From Thermoanaerobaculia bacterium (GTDB lineage Bacteria; Acidobacteriota; Thermoanaerobaculia; UBA5066), in contig CAVRAY010000001.1 of assembly GCA_963719225.1 (NCBI GenBank), positions 3,424,001 through 3,488,000 on the forward strand: 64,000 bases of DNA, in the 5' to 3' direction. Position 1 is the first letter of the stretch, and each line of letters begins with the position of its first letter. A program made the position numbers and the translations under genes. The notes under the pieces are model-generated. The model worked only from the letters and a program-made list of their open reading frames with translations. It searched no databases and had not been told where the DNA came from. Below are positions 30,230 through 38,675 of this stretch, piece by piece.

Positions 30230-31243
30230 ATGCCTGAGATCCAGACTTCCATGAGCGACTACATCAAGGACCACGCCGGCCTGAAGTACATCTTCTTCGG
30301 CGGAAAGGGCGGCGTCGGAAAGACGGTCTTCGCGGCCGCGACCGCGCTCCACAACGCCCAGCTCGGGCGCCGCACGATGCTCGCCTCGACGAACCCCGTC
30401 CACAGCCTCTCGAGCCTCCTCGGCCAGAACGTGCTCGGCAAGCACACTCCGGTCGACGGCGCTCCGAACCTGTGGGCGTACGAGATCGAGACGAAGGAGA
30501 CGATCGAGCGGTCGAAGGTCGAGATCCGCGAGAAGATCAAGTGGTTCCTCAAGTTCGCCGACATCTCCACGAAGGCCGAGGATTTCGTGGAGTCGGCCAC
30601 CATGAACCCCGCCTTCGAGGAGTCGGCAATGTTCGAGAACATGATCGACCTCATGTTCAAGGACGAGTACGACGTCTACGTCTTCGACACGGCGCCCACC
30701 GCGAACGCACGGCGCCTGCTCGGCATGTCCAAGGTCTACTCCCTCTGGGTCAACAAGATGCTCAAGAGCCGCGAGGAGGCGAAGACCCTCCGCGAGCTGC
30801 TCTCCTTCACCAAGAAGAAGGAGGAGGACCCGCTCATGGCGTACCTCCTTTCCTTCCGCGACCGGATGGAGCACGGACGCGTGCTCCTCACCGACCCGGC
30901 CAAGACGTCGTTCTTCTTCGTGACGCTCCCCGAGGCGCTTCCGATCGCCGTCATCACGCGCTTCATCCAGTGGTTCCACGATTTCGGCATCCCCGTAGGG
31001 GGCGTCCTCGTCAACATGCTGATCGACAAGGCCTCCGTCGGCGCCGGGGCGGCCGACTTCGTGAAGAACCGCGTCGCGATGCAGGACGAGCACATGAAGA
31101 CCGTCTGGCAGAAGTTCGACGGCAGCGTCCGCGCCATCGTCCCGCTCTACGAGACGGAGATCCGCGGCGTCCCGATGCTCAAGCGGCTCGGCGACGCGAT
31201 GTTCGCGGAACCGGTGGAGGCCGTCCTTTCCGGCTCCCGCTAG
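30230..31243 (+). CDS. ArsA/Get3 (TRC40) family ATPase, subunit 2 (switch I Asp to Asn)
   Basis: GGKGGVGKT, STNPVHSL, FDTAPTANA, VTLPE, LVNML; no Cys. Confidence 0.92.
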   Translation: MPEIQTSMSDYIKDHAGLKYIFFGGKGGVGKTVFAAATALHNAQLGRRTMLASTNPVHSLSSLLGQNVLGKHTPVDGAPNLWAYEIETKETIERSKVEIREKIKWFLKFADISTKAEDFVESATMNPAFEESAMFENMIDLMFKDEYDVYVFDTAPTANARRLLGMSKVYSLWVNKMLKSREEAKTLRELLSFTKKKEEDPLMAYLLSFRDRMEHGRVLLTDPAKTSFFFVTLPEALPIAVITRFIQWFHDFGIPVGGVLVNMLIDKASVGAGAADFVKNRVAMQDEHMKTVWQKFDGSVRAIVPLYETEIRGVPMLKRLGDAMFAEPVEAVLSGSR

Positions 31244-31455
31244 AGGAGGCGGCCGAACGCCGGGCGGACGCCGAACCGGCACGGTTCTGCGGAACAAGCA
31301 CCCCCTCCTGGAGACGGTTTCAAGGGGTCTTTTTCGCCCTCCGGCGCGCATGCAGATGAATCATTGCTTGCGGTCTTCGGCGCCACCAGTTTGACCCTGC
31401 GGCTTTCTGTTCTTCGCCAGGAACCGCGGGGTTAATTCATGCCCCGCGCAGGACA

Positions 31456-32715
31456 CCGGCGGGAGCTCCCTTCAACGCCGAGGTCCACCAGTGGACCTAC
31501 GACGCCATCGGGAATAGGCTGACGAGCCAGGTGAACGCCGCGATCAAGACCTACACGTACGAGAAGATCGGCGCGAACCCGAAGAACGCGCAGAAGCTGA
31601 TGAACGATGGGACGAACGCTTACGCCTACGACTTCAACGGAAGTCAGACGTCACGGACGGGCTTCGGCTTCGTGAACGACCCCGACAACCGCCTGAGCTC
31701 CATCACCGGCGGAACCGCCGCGAGCTACACGTACGACTACCAGGGGCGGAGGACCTCGAAGACGGTCGCAGGCGTGACGACGAAGTACCTGTACGACGGC
31801 CTGAATCTGATCAGAGAAGCCAAAGCAGGCGTGAACACCGACTACGCCTTCGGCCCCTCAATCGATGAACCACTGGCCCTCTATGCCTCGGGCGCCGTCA
31901 GTTACTTGAACGCGGACGGGCTTGGCAGCATCGTGGCGACGAACTCGACTGCAGGAACGGTCACGCACAGCTCGATCTTTGACGCGTGGGGCGCGGTGAA
32001 GGGCGAGACGGGCACACGGATTCATTCCTTCACCTATACGGGGAGGGAGACGGGAGAGGCCGGGCTACATTTCTATAGGGCACGGGTGATGCAGCCGGGC
32101 GTCGGACGCCTGACTCAAGAGGATCCGTTGGGTTTGGGCCCGAGCGTTTATGCGTATGCCTTCAACGACCCTGCTCGCCTTCTCGACCCGCTGGGCGCGG
32201 CGGGCGAGGCGCTCGACTTCTCGCCAGACAAAGGCCACCACTTCTTCCCCCGAGCTGAGTGGGGGAAAGTGCCCGGCCTTTCACAAGAGGCAAAAGACAT
32301 CTTCGACCATACCAAAACAGGCGGCAAGCTTCCCACTGATATTCACTACTGGAACGGCCCGAACGGTGTGCATGGTCAATACAGCACTGCGACCCGCGAG
32401 CTCTTCGACGAGTTCGTTAAGTCGCGCGGAATCGACCCTACGAAGATGACCCGCGCGGAAGCCGAGGAGTTTATTCGGACGATAATCAACTCTCGGCGCG
32501 GCCCGATTAGGAGGCTGCTCGACCCAATTCGGCGCTGGATGCGGGCGAATCGGCTACGCGGGAAGACCTTCTGCTTCGGCCCGGTCGATTTCGGCCTCGC
32601 GATCGCCGAGATGCTCTTGGAGGACCAGGAAGAGAGTCAACTCGACTCTGATTACATTCGCTGGAAGTACTTCCACGGGCCAATGCCGGGCGGCGCAGCT
32701 GGAGCGATTTACTGA
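31456..32715 (+). CDS. Orphan (5'-truncated) Rhs core with C-terminal putative nuclease toxin
   Basis: YD repeats start abruptly (WTYDAIGNRL, YTYDYQGRR); core end YTGRE..GLHFYRAR...EDPLG...YAYAFNDP..LDPLG; C-terminus with GHHFFP...H...H; first in-frame start GTG 31531 lies mid-repeat. Confidence 0.85.
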   Translation, partial: PAGAPFNAEVHQWTYDAIGNRLTSQVNAAIKTYTYEKIGANPKNAQKLMNDGTNAYAYDFNGSQTSRTGFGFVNDPDNRLSSITGGTAASYTYDYQGRRTSKTVAGVTTKYLYDGLNLIREAKAGVNTDYAFGPSIDEPLALYASGAVSYLNADGLGSIVATNSTAGTVTHSSIFDAWGAVKGETGTRIHSFTYTGRETGEAGLHFYRARVMQPGVGRLTQEDPLGLGPSVYAYAFNDPARLLDPLGAAGEALDFSPDKGHHFFPRAEWGKVPGLSQEAKDIFDHTKTGGKLPTDIHYWNGPNGVHGQYSTATRELFDEFVKSRGIDPTKMTRAEAEEFIRTIINSRRGPIRRLLDPIRRWMRANRLRGKTFCFGPVDFGLAIAEMLLEDQEESQLDSDYIRWKYFHGPMPGGAAGAIY

Positions 32716-33377
32716 TGCTGGACAACGGGTTCGTACTCACCTACGGGCCGGGTTTGCGTGGGCCTCATCGATTTTGTGGCGTTAACGAGACCGCCGATGC
32801 CCAGTGTCCGAACTGTAAGAGGCCGCTTCTGCAGCTCTTCGTATTCGACATGAACGACCGACCGTTGGAGTCGCTGGGGCACGCGCTCTCGGCTGACCGG
32901 CTCCCACTTCATTGGTGCTGGACGTGCGACATTCTCAGGGGGCCGCTAACCTACGAGTTGCTGGACCGGGGTCGACGCATCAGGCTATTGACCTACAACC
33001 ACGGGCGCTTCCAACCGGATACTCCGTACCCGGACTATCCGATCTACTTCCCAGGCACCGATTCGGGACTCGAGGAGATTCCAGCCGTCGTGAGCGGGCA
33101 GGTTAGGAACCTCAATCGACGGGAAATCCGGCTCAGTACTGTTGATGGCGAAGCGTGGGCTAGACCTAGGCATCAGCTCGGGGGGGAGCCGTTCTTTTCA
33201 GGTGGCCTACCCGGCCGGCGCGTTTGTCAGCAGTGCGGAGCCGAGATGGAGTTGCTCGGGGCCGTTGCAGACAAATGCACGGACGCCCGCGGCTTCGCCT
33301 CGAATGAGTTCGTCCAGTTGCTCTTCTGGGTCTGCCCGCCTTGCCGGATCCTGCGTGGGGAACAGGATCTAGAGTAG
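32715..33377 (+). CDS. Putative immunity protein (YwqG/DUF1963-like, CxxC pairs)
   Basis: Coupled by TGATG to the toxin; CPNC..PL.QLF, HQLGGEP, CQQCG.EM.LL, FWVCPPC; lower GC. Confidence 0.7.
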   Translation: MLDNGFVLTYGPGLRGPHRFCGVNETADAQCPNCKRPLLQLFVFDMNDRPLESLGHALSADRLPLHWCWTCDILRGPLTYELLDRGRRIRLLTYNHGRFQPDTPYPDYPIYFPGTDSGLEEIPAVVSGQVRNLNRREIRLSTVDGEAWARPRHQLGGEPFFSGGLPGRRVCQQCGAEMELLGAVADKCTDARGFASNEFVQLLFWVCPPCRILRGEQDLE

Positions 33378-34067
33378 CGGCCCGCTGGGCACGTCGCGTG
33401 CGGAAGCAAGCGTGCGGTGAGCGCACCCTGGCGCACGCGCCGCGCCCGCTACCGACTCGCACGATCGTGAGCTGATCGCGACGGCCGCGCTTCGAAGAGC
33501 ACGACCGGAGAGAGCGCCCGCCCGCGGCTCCGGCGAGAGGGCAGGAGGTGCCGGGCGCGGGGCAGCGCGCGTGCCCGTAGCCTCTTCCCCGGCCCTTCTC
33601 CCGGCACGCGCGCTGCGAAGCCCGCTGGCCGATATTTCGCGCAAATATCGTCCCCGGCGCTTGCGCTTTTTTCCGCGTCGCTCACGCGCCGCGTGGCAGC
33701 CCTCTCGCCTCCGGGCTCGCGGTAGCTCGCCTTCAACGTAACGTCGAACGCTACGTTAAACCGCGGCGGGCGTAGCGAGCGCGCGACGAAGATCGCGCGA
33801 GTTCTCGGAAGTGAAGGCCTGGCACGCCGCGTGCTGGTTTTCCGCCTCGCGCCAGGCGGGGACACGCGCTGGCATCGACGGACGGTCAGTCGGGACCACG
33901 GGGATTCTCTACGGTGGCCCTCGAAGGGACGACCCTTCGCCGGCGGACAGTTCCGGGCGAAGACACGGTCAGGATCGTCCCGGAGTGATCCGCGGCATCC
34001 TGAGGCTCATCGCGTAGGATGCGGAGCGTCCATGCCGCCCGGAGCCTTTCTCAGCGAAGGAGTCGCC

Positions 34068-34487
34068 ATGAAGAAACTGCTAGCTCTTATCGCCGCGACC
34101 TTCATTCTCGTCGGCTTCTCGGCCTCGGCGGACGACAGCGATGCCGTCGCTCAAGCCCAGATTGCCGCAAAGAGCTGGCTGGCGCTCACGGATGGCGCCA
34201 AGTACGGTAAGAGCTGGGACGACGCGGCGTCCGTCTTCAAGGCCGCCGTCACGAAGGCAGACTGGGAGAAAGCCATCAAGGGCGTCCGCGCGCCGCTCGG
34301 CGCGATGAAGGCGCGAAAGGTCAAGTCGGCCACCTTCACGCGCACTCTTCCTGGCGCCCCGGATGGGGAGTACGTCGTCATTCAATTCGACTCGCAGTTC
34401 GAGAACAAGGCCGCCGCGATCGAGACGATCACGCCCATGCGCGACAAGGACGGCGCCTGGAGGGTTTCCGGCTACTACATCAAGTAG
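34068..34487 (+). CDS. Secreted DUF4019-type protein
   Basis: Signal peptide; AKSWLAL.D...Y.KSW, LPGAPDGEYVVIQF, DGAWRVSGY; AAGGAG RBS. Confidence 0.85.
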   Translation: MKKLLALIAATFILVGFSASADDSDAVAQAQIAAKSWLALTDGAKYGKSWDDAASVFKAAVTKADWEKAIKGVRAPLGAMKARKVKSATFTRTLPGAPDGEYVVIQFDSQFENKAAAIETITPMRDKDGAWRVSGYYIK

Positions 34488-34490
34488 GCG

Positions 34491-34585
34491 GAGCTAGTCG
34501 ACCTCCCGTGGGGAATGCGGGAGTTCGGCGTCCGCGCGCCGGACGGACATGGATCATGTTCGGTCAGGAGTTAAGGAGAGGTTGA
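34491..34585 (+). pseudogene. C-terminal relic of a VOC/glyoxalase gene
   Basis: ELVDLPWGMREFGVRAPDGH, then a 1-nt shift to IMFGQEL; no 5' part. Confidence 0.6.
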
Positions 34586-34614
34586 TATCGTCGGACGGCC
34601 GGCAGGAGGACAGG

Positions 34615-34863
34615 ATGGCGCGGATCGCGTTTCGCTACTGTGCCTATTGAGTTTCGGGTTTGCATGCCGTCCGTGTGGCGGCACGGATTCGAAAAGAGCT
34701 GAAGACCGAGGTCGAGATGGTTCACGGCCGCTACGGTGAATTCAAGGTTCTCGTGGATGGAGATAGCGTGATCGATGGCGGCGCGCTCGCCGTGTTGGGC
34801 GTTCTGCCATCTGGCCGGAAGATCGTCGATGCTGTCCGGGCGCGCCTGGGAGATCGCTTGTGA
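34615..34863 (+). CDS. Rdx (SelW/SelT/SelH) family selenoprotein; TGA at 34648-34650 read as Sec
   Basis: AGGAGG RBS; MARIAFRYCAY(U)VSGLHAVRVAARI...G.YGEFKVLVDG...LP; CxxU after the first beta strand; hairpin 34665-34683. Confidence 0.8.
34665..34683 (+). promoter_or_regulatory. Bacterial SECIS-like hairpin
   Basis: TGCCGTC-CGTGT-GGCGGCA; loop begins 21 nt after the UGA, with G at loop position 2. Confidence 0.55.
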
Positions 34864-35141
34864 GCGCAAAATTTCTCATCGAAGTTCCGCACGAAGGAAA
34901 CATGGTGGTCTGCGCTCGGGCCGTCGAAGTCTTCCTCACGAGCGGCTCCCATTTCCTCAGCCATGCAGACTGGGGATGCAAGGACGGGGTGCACAAGGCG
35001 TGGATCGTGGTGGAGGTCGACAGCAAGGACGAGGCCCGGGGCATCGTCCCACCGGCGTTCCGCGCCGAGGCGAACATCGTCCAGCTCAACGCGTTCACGT
35101 TGAAGGAAATCGACGAAATCCTTCAGCATCACCAGGCCTAA
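34860..35141 (+). CDS. Hypothetical small protein
   Basis: GTGA overlap with the Rdx gene; FLIEVPH, HADWGCKDGVHKAWIVVE. Confidence 0.75.
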   Translation: MSAKFLIEVPHEGNMVVCARAVEVFLTSGSHFLSHADWGCKDGVHKAWIVVEVDSKDEARGIVPPAFRAEANIVQLNAFTLKEIDEILQHHQA

Positions 35142-35176
35142 CCATCCGGGCCCTCCGAAGCCGGGCAGGTGATTCC

Positions 35177-35569
35177 ATGCCAGCCAGCCGCAAGCCGCCG
35201 AAAGACATCGACGAATACATCGCGGCCTCCTCTCCCGAGGTAAGGGCGATTCTCACGCGAATATGGTCGACGATCCGCAAGGCGGCACCGGGCGCCCAGG
35301 AGATGATCAGCTATCGGATGCCGGCGTTCACGCAGAAGGGCGTCCTGGTGTACTTCGCCGCCTTCAAGAACCACATCGGCTTCTATCCCCCGGTGAGGGG
35401 CGATGCGAGACTGAAAAAAGCTGTTTCGCGCTATGCGGGAGAAAAAGGCAATCTGCGATTTCCGCTCGACCAACCGATGCCCTATGGCCTGATCCAGAGG
35501 ATCGTGAAGCTTCGCGTGAAGCAGAACCTCGCGAGGGCGGCTTCCAGGGGAAAGGAGGCTAAGGGCTAG
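35177..35569 (+). CDS. DUF1801/YdhG-like protein
   Basis: IDEYI, AAPGAQEMISYRMPAF, YFAAFKNHIGFYP, KGNLRFPLDQPMP. Confidence 0.9.
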   Translation: MPASRKPPKDIDEYIAASSPEVRAILTRIWSTIRKAAPGAQEMISYRMPAFTQKGVLVYFAAFKNHIGFYPPVRGDARLKKAVSRYAGEKGNLRFPLDQPMPYGLIQRIVKLRVKQNLARAASRGKEAKG

Positions 35570-37167
35570 CTCCAGTCCCGCCGTCTCTCCCAGATCCCGT
35601 CCGCCGCGCGGAGCGCCAGGGCGCCGATCGTGTTCGTGGGATTGACGGCGGCGCTCGTGACGAAGGAGCTGCCGTCGACGACGTAGAGATTCGGCACGTC
35701 GTGCGCGCGGTTCCATGCGTTCACGACGCTGTGCCGCGGGTCGTTTCCCATCCGGGCCGTGCCCATGAGATGCGCGAAGACGTTCGGGCCGGGCACCTGC
35801 AGAGTTTCCACGGCGCCCGCCGCCTCCAGCACCTGCCGCGCGCGCGCGACCCCGTGGTCGAGCATGCGGAGCGTGTTCTGTGAATAGCGGTACGTGACCT
35901 TCGCCGCCGGCATGCCGTGGAGGTCGTGCTCTTTCGAATCGAGCGTGACGCGATTCGCCTCCTCCGGCAGGTCCTCGCTCATGATCGCGATGCCGATCGT
36001 GTGCGCGAAGCGGCGCCGCATCTCGCGGTGATGCGCCGCGCCCCAGGGGACCGGCTTCGCGTCGCCCCACGCCTGGCTCAAGGGACCATACGGCCCATAC
36101 ACGACCAGCGAGTAGCCGCGCGTGAAGCCGCGGCGCGTGTCGGTTTCGTAGAACTCCTGGCTGAAGCACGGATTCGAGGCGATGCCCACGTGGCCGTCGA
36201 GGCGCTCCGGGAAGATCCCCTCGACGTAATGGCTCGGATGGACCATGTAGCGGCGGCCGAGGAGGCCGCTGGAGTTCGCGAGACCCTGCGGAAAGAGCTT
36301 CGAGCGGGAGTTCAGGAGCAGACGCGGCGTGCCGATGCCGTTGCAGCAGACGACGACGACGCGCCCCCGCTGCTCGTGGAGGGCGCCCGAGCGGTCGTGG
36401 TAGAGGACGCCGCGCGCGCGGCCGGCGGCGTCGGTCGTAACCTCGCGGACGCGCGCCCACGTCGTGATCCTCGCCCCCTCGGCCAGCGCTTTCGGCCAGT
36501 ACGTGAGATCCACCGAAGCCTTCGCCCTCCGGGGACAGCCGAAGTTGCAGCGGCCCCGGCCGTCGCAGCCGAGCCGGCCGTCGGCATCGCGCGAGAGGAT
36601 CGCGTTGTCGGAAGGCCACCAGTGCCAGCCGAGCTTCTCGAAACCGCGCACCACGACTTCTCCGCGTTTTCCGAGGCCGAGCGGAGGATGCGGGCGAGGC
36701 GCGCGCGGAGGGTTCGCGGGATCGCCCGCGAGACCCGACACGCCCATCATGCGGTCGTTGAGGTCGTAGTAGCGCTCGAGGTCCGCGTAGCCCAGCGGCC
36801 AGTCGTCCCCGACGCCGTCGAGAGACCGCACGCGGAAATCCGCGGGGTGCAAGCGCGGAAAATGACCTTCCCAGTGGATCGTGCTCCCCCCGACGCCGTT
36901 GAACATCACGATCTGCGAGGGGGTGAGGCCTTCCGTCGTCACCGGGTAGTCCTCCGCGAGGCGGCGGACGTTCGGGCTGAACGTGGAGCGTCCCCGCCGG
37001 AGGAATACCTCGACGTCGCGCTGCGACGAGGGGAGCGCGTCGCGCGCGATCCAGTCGCCCTGCTCGAGACAGACGACGCGAGCGCCGCTCGCGGCGAGAC
37101 GCCAGGAGAGCGCCGCGCCGGCGGCACCCGACCCGACGACGACGACGTCCGCGATCTCGCCCGCCAT
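35566..37167 (-). CDS. GMC family flavoprotein oxidoreductase
   Basis: DVVVVGSGAAG, VGGSTIHW, CxxxGxCxxGC, HLMGTARMG, NLYVVDGS, NPTNTI.ALA. Confidence 0.93.
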   Translation of the reverse strand: MAGEIADVVVVGSGAAGAALSWRLAASGARVVCLEQGDWIARDALPSSQRDVEVFLRRGRSTFSPNVRRLAEDYPVTTEGLTPSQIVMFNGVGGSTIHWEGHFPRLHPADFRVRSLDGVGDDWPLGYADLERYYDLNDRMMGVSGLAGDPANPPRAPRPHPPLGLGKRGEVVVRGFEKLGWHWWPSDNAILSRDADGRLGCDGRGRCNFGCPRRAKASVDLTYWPKALAEGARITTWARVREVTTDAAGRARGVLYHDRSGALHEQRGRVVVVCCNGIGTPRLLLNSRSKLFPQGLANSSGLLGRRYMVHPSHYVEGIFPERLDGHVGIASNPCFSQEFYETDTRRGFTRGYSLVVYGPYGPLSQAWGDAKPVPWGAAHHREMRRRFAHTIGIAIMSEDLPEEANRVTLDSKEHDLHGMPAAKVTYRYSQNTLRMLDHGVARARQVLEAAGAVETLQVPGPNVFAHLMGTARMGNDPRHSVVNAWNRAHDVPNLYVVDGSSFVTSAAVNPTNTIGALALRAADGIWERRRDWS

Positions 37168-37724
37168 CAGGTGACCTTGCGATAGAGCGGCGACAGCGCC
37201 CGGACGCGCTCGACCGCCGTCTCGTCGAAGGGCGGGATGCCCGGCCCCGGGCGGTCCGGCCCGTAGAACTCGAAGCCCAGCCGTTTCCAGACTTCGGGAC
37301 GCGTGTAGTAGCCCTCGTAGACGAAATCCCGAAGGGTCTCGAACATCGCGGGCTCCTTCGTCTCGAGCTCCGCCAGGGCGCGCGCACGGCGCTCGCCCGA
37401 AAGAGAGGCGAACCCGGACGGCTGTGCGCGCTTTTCGAGCGCGGTCGCGGCGCGCCGAAGCTGCAGCCTGACGTCCGCGTCGCGCGACGCGACGAGCTCG
37501 AGGTAGGCGTAAACCCCGGCCTCCCCCGCCGCCGGCATCCCTCCTTCGGCCGGCACGATCGCGTCCATGGCCGCGCGCAGGACCGCGCCGAGCGCCTCCG
37601 GCCACGCGGAAGAGGCGTCGGGGCGCGCCGCGAGAGGCGCCGCGACCGCGCGCACCGCACCGCTCGCGGCGGCCGTTCCGGCAGCCGCCGCCGTCAGGAA
37701 TCTCCGCCGCGTCCAGTCGCGCAT
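37167..37724 (-). CDS. Gluconate 2-dehydrogenase subunit-3-like protein, Tat signal
   Basis: TRRRFL Tat motif; DAIVP...PAA.EAGV; EGYY..PE; coupled to the GMC gene. Confidence 0.85.
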   Translation of the reverse strand: MRDWTRRRFLTAAAAGTAAASGAVRAVAAPLAARPDASSAWPEALGAVLRAAMDAIVPAEGGMPAAGEAGVYAYLELVASRDADVRLQLRRAATALEKRAQPSGFASLSGERRARALAELETKEPAMFETLRDFVYEGYYTRPEVWKRLGFEFYGPDRPGPGIPPFDETAVERVRALSPLYRKVT

Positions 37725-37747
37725 CAGGTGCGAGATGATAGGCCGTG

Positions 37748-38662
37748 ATGCGACTTTTCAGCTTCTCTCCTGCTCCCGGCGAAAGTATTCGCGTGGGGGC
37801 GTTCTCTCCCGGGGGCCGTGTCCTCGATCTCGGCGCGGAAGCGCGGAGGCGGAACGTCCCTCTCTCCTTCGATCCCGCCGAGATGCTTTCCCTGATCGCC
37901 GCGGGCGAGAAGGCGCTCGCCGAGGTCCGGTCGCTCGTGGACGGCTCCGCGGACGGCGGACCGCGCGTCGAGGAGGTGCATCTTTCGGCGCCGATCCCGG
38001 TCCCGCGCCGGAACGTTCATTGCGTCGGCTGGAACTACGTCGAGCACTTCGAGGAAGGCAAGTCCCTGAGGGATTCGGGCCAGACGCTGCCCGAGCATCC
38101 CGTCTTCTTCACGAAGGGCACGAACGCCGTCAACGGCCCGCACGATCCGATTCCCTACGATCCGAAGGTGTCGACGGCGATCGACTGGGAAGTCGAGCTC
38201 GCGGTGATCGTCGGACGGCGCGGCAAGAACCTTTCCGAAGAGGAGGCGATGCGCCACGTTTTCGGGTTCTGCGTCCTCAACGACACGACCGCCCGCGACA
38301 TCCAGCAGAAAAAGCACGGCGGCCAGTGGTGGAAGGGCAAGAGCCTGGACGGCCACGCGCCGATGGGCCCCTGGATCGTCACGGCGGACGGGTTCGACTG
38401 GGCATCCCGACGGCTCGTCTCGCGCGTCAACGGCGTCGTGAAGCAGGACGGGAACACGAGCCAGATGTACTTCAAGGTCCCGCGCCTCCTCGCGGAGCTC
38501 TCCCTCGGGCTGACGCTCGAGCCCGGAGACATCCTGGCGACCGGGACGCCGCCGGGCATCGGACACGCGTGCAAGCCGCCTGAATACCTGAAGCCGGGCG
38601 ACGTCCTCGAGTCCGAGATCGAAGGCATCGGCGTCCTGAGAAATCCAATCCAGGCGATCTGA
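37748..38662 (+). CDS. Fumarylacetoacetate hydrolase family protein
   Basis: CVGWNYVEH, FFTK, DWEVELAVIVG, NDTTARD, GKSLD, PGDILATGTP.G. Confidence 0.93.
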   Translation: MRLFSFSPAPGESIRVGAFSPGGRVLDLGAEARRRNVPLSFDPAEMLSLIAAGEKALAEVRSLVDGSADGGPRVEEVHLSAPIPVPRRNVHCVGWNYVEHFEEGKSLRDSGQTLPEHPVFFTKGTNAVNGPHDPIPYDPKVSTAIDWEVELAVIVGRRGKNLSEEEAMRHVFGFCVLNDTTARDIQQKKHGGQWWKGKSLDGHAPMGPWIVTADGFDWASRRLVSRVNGVVKQDGNTSQMYFKVPRLLAELSLGLTLEPGDILATGTPPGIGHACKPPEYLKPGDVLESEIEGIGVLRNPIQAI

Positions 38663-38675
38663 AGAGGACGGCGGC

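Noticed and set aside
29215-31243. Arsenic resistance operon
   Set aside because: The ATPases have no Cys, and arsB/acr3/arsC/arsD/arsR are absent.
33728-35180. Possible integron cassette array (small tandem genes; GTTAAAC at 33755, GCCTAAC at 35136)
   Set aside because: No paired R''/R' boxes at attC spacing, no repeated attC structure and no intI in the window.
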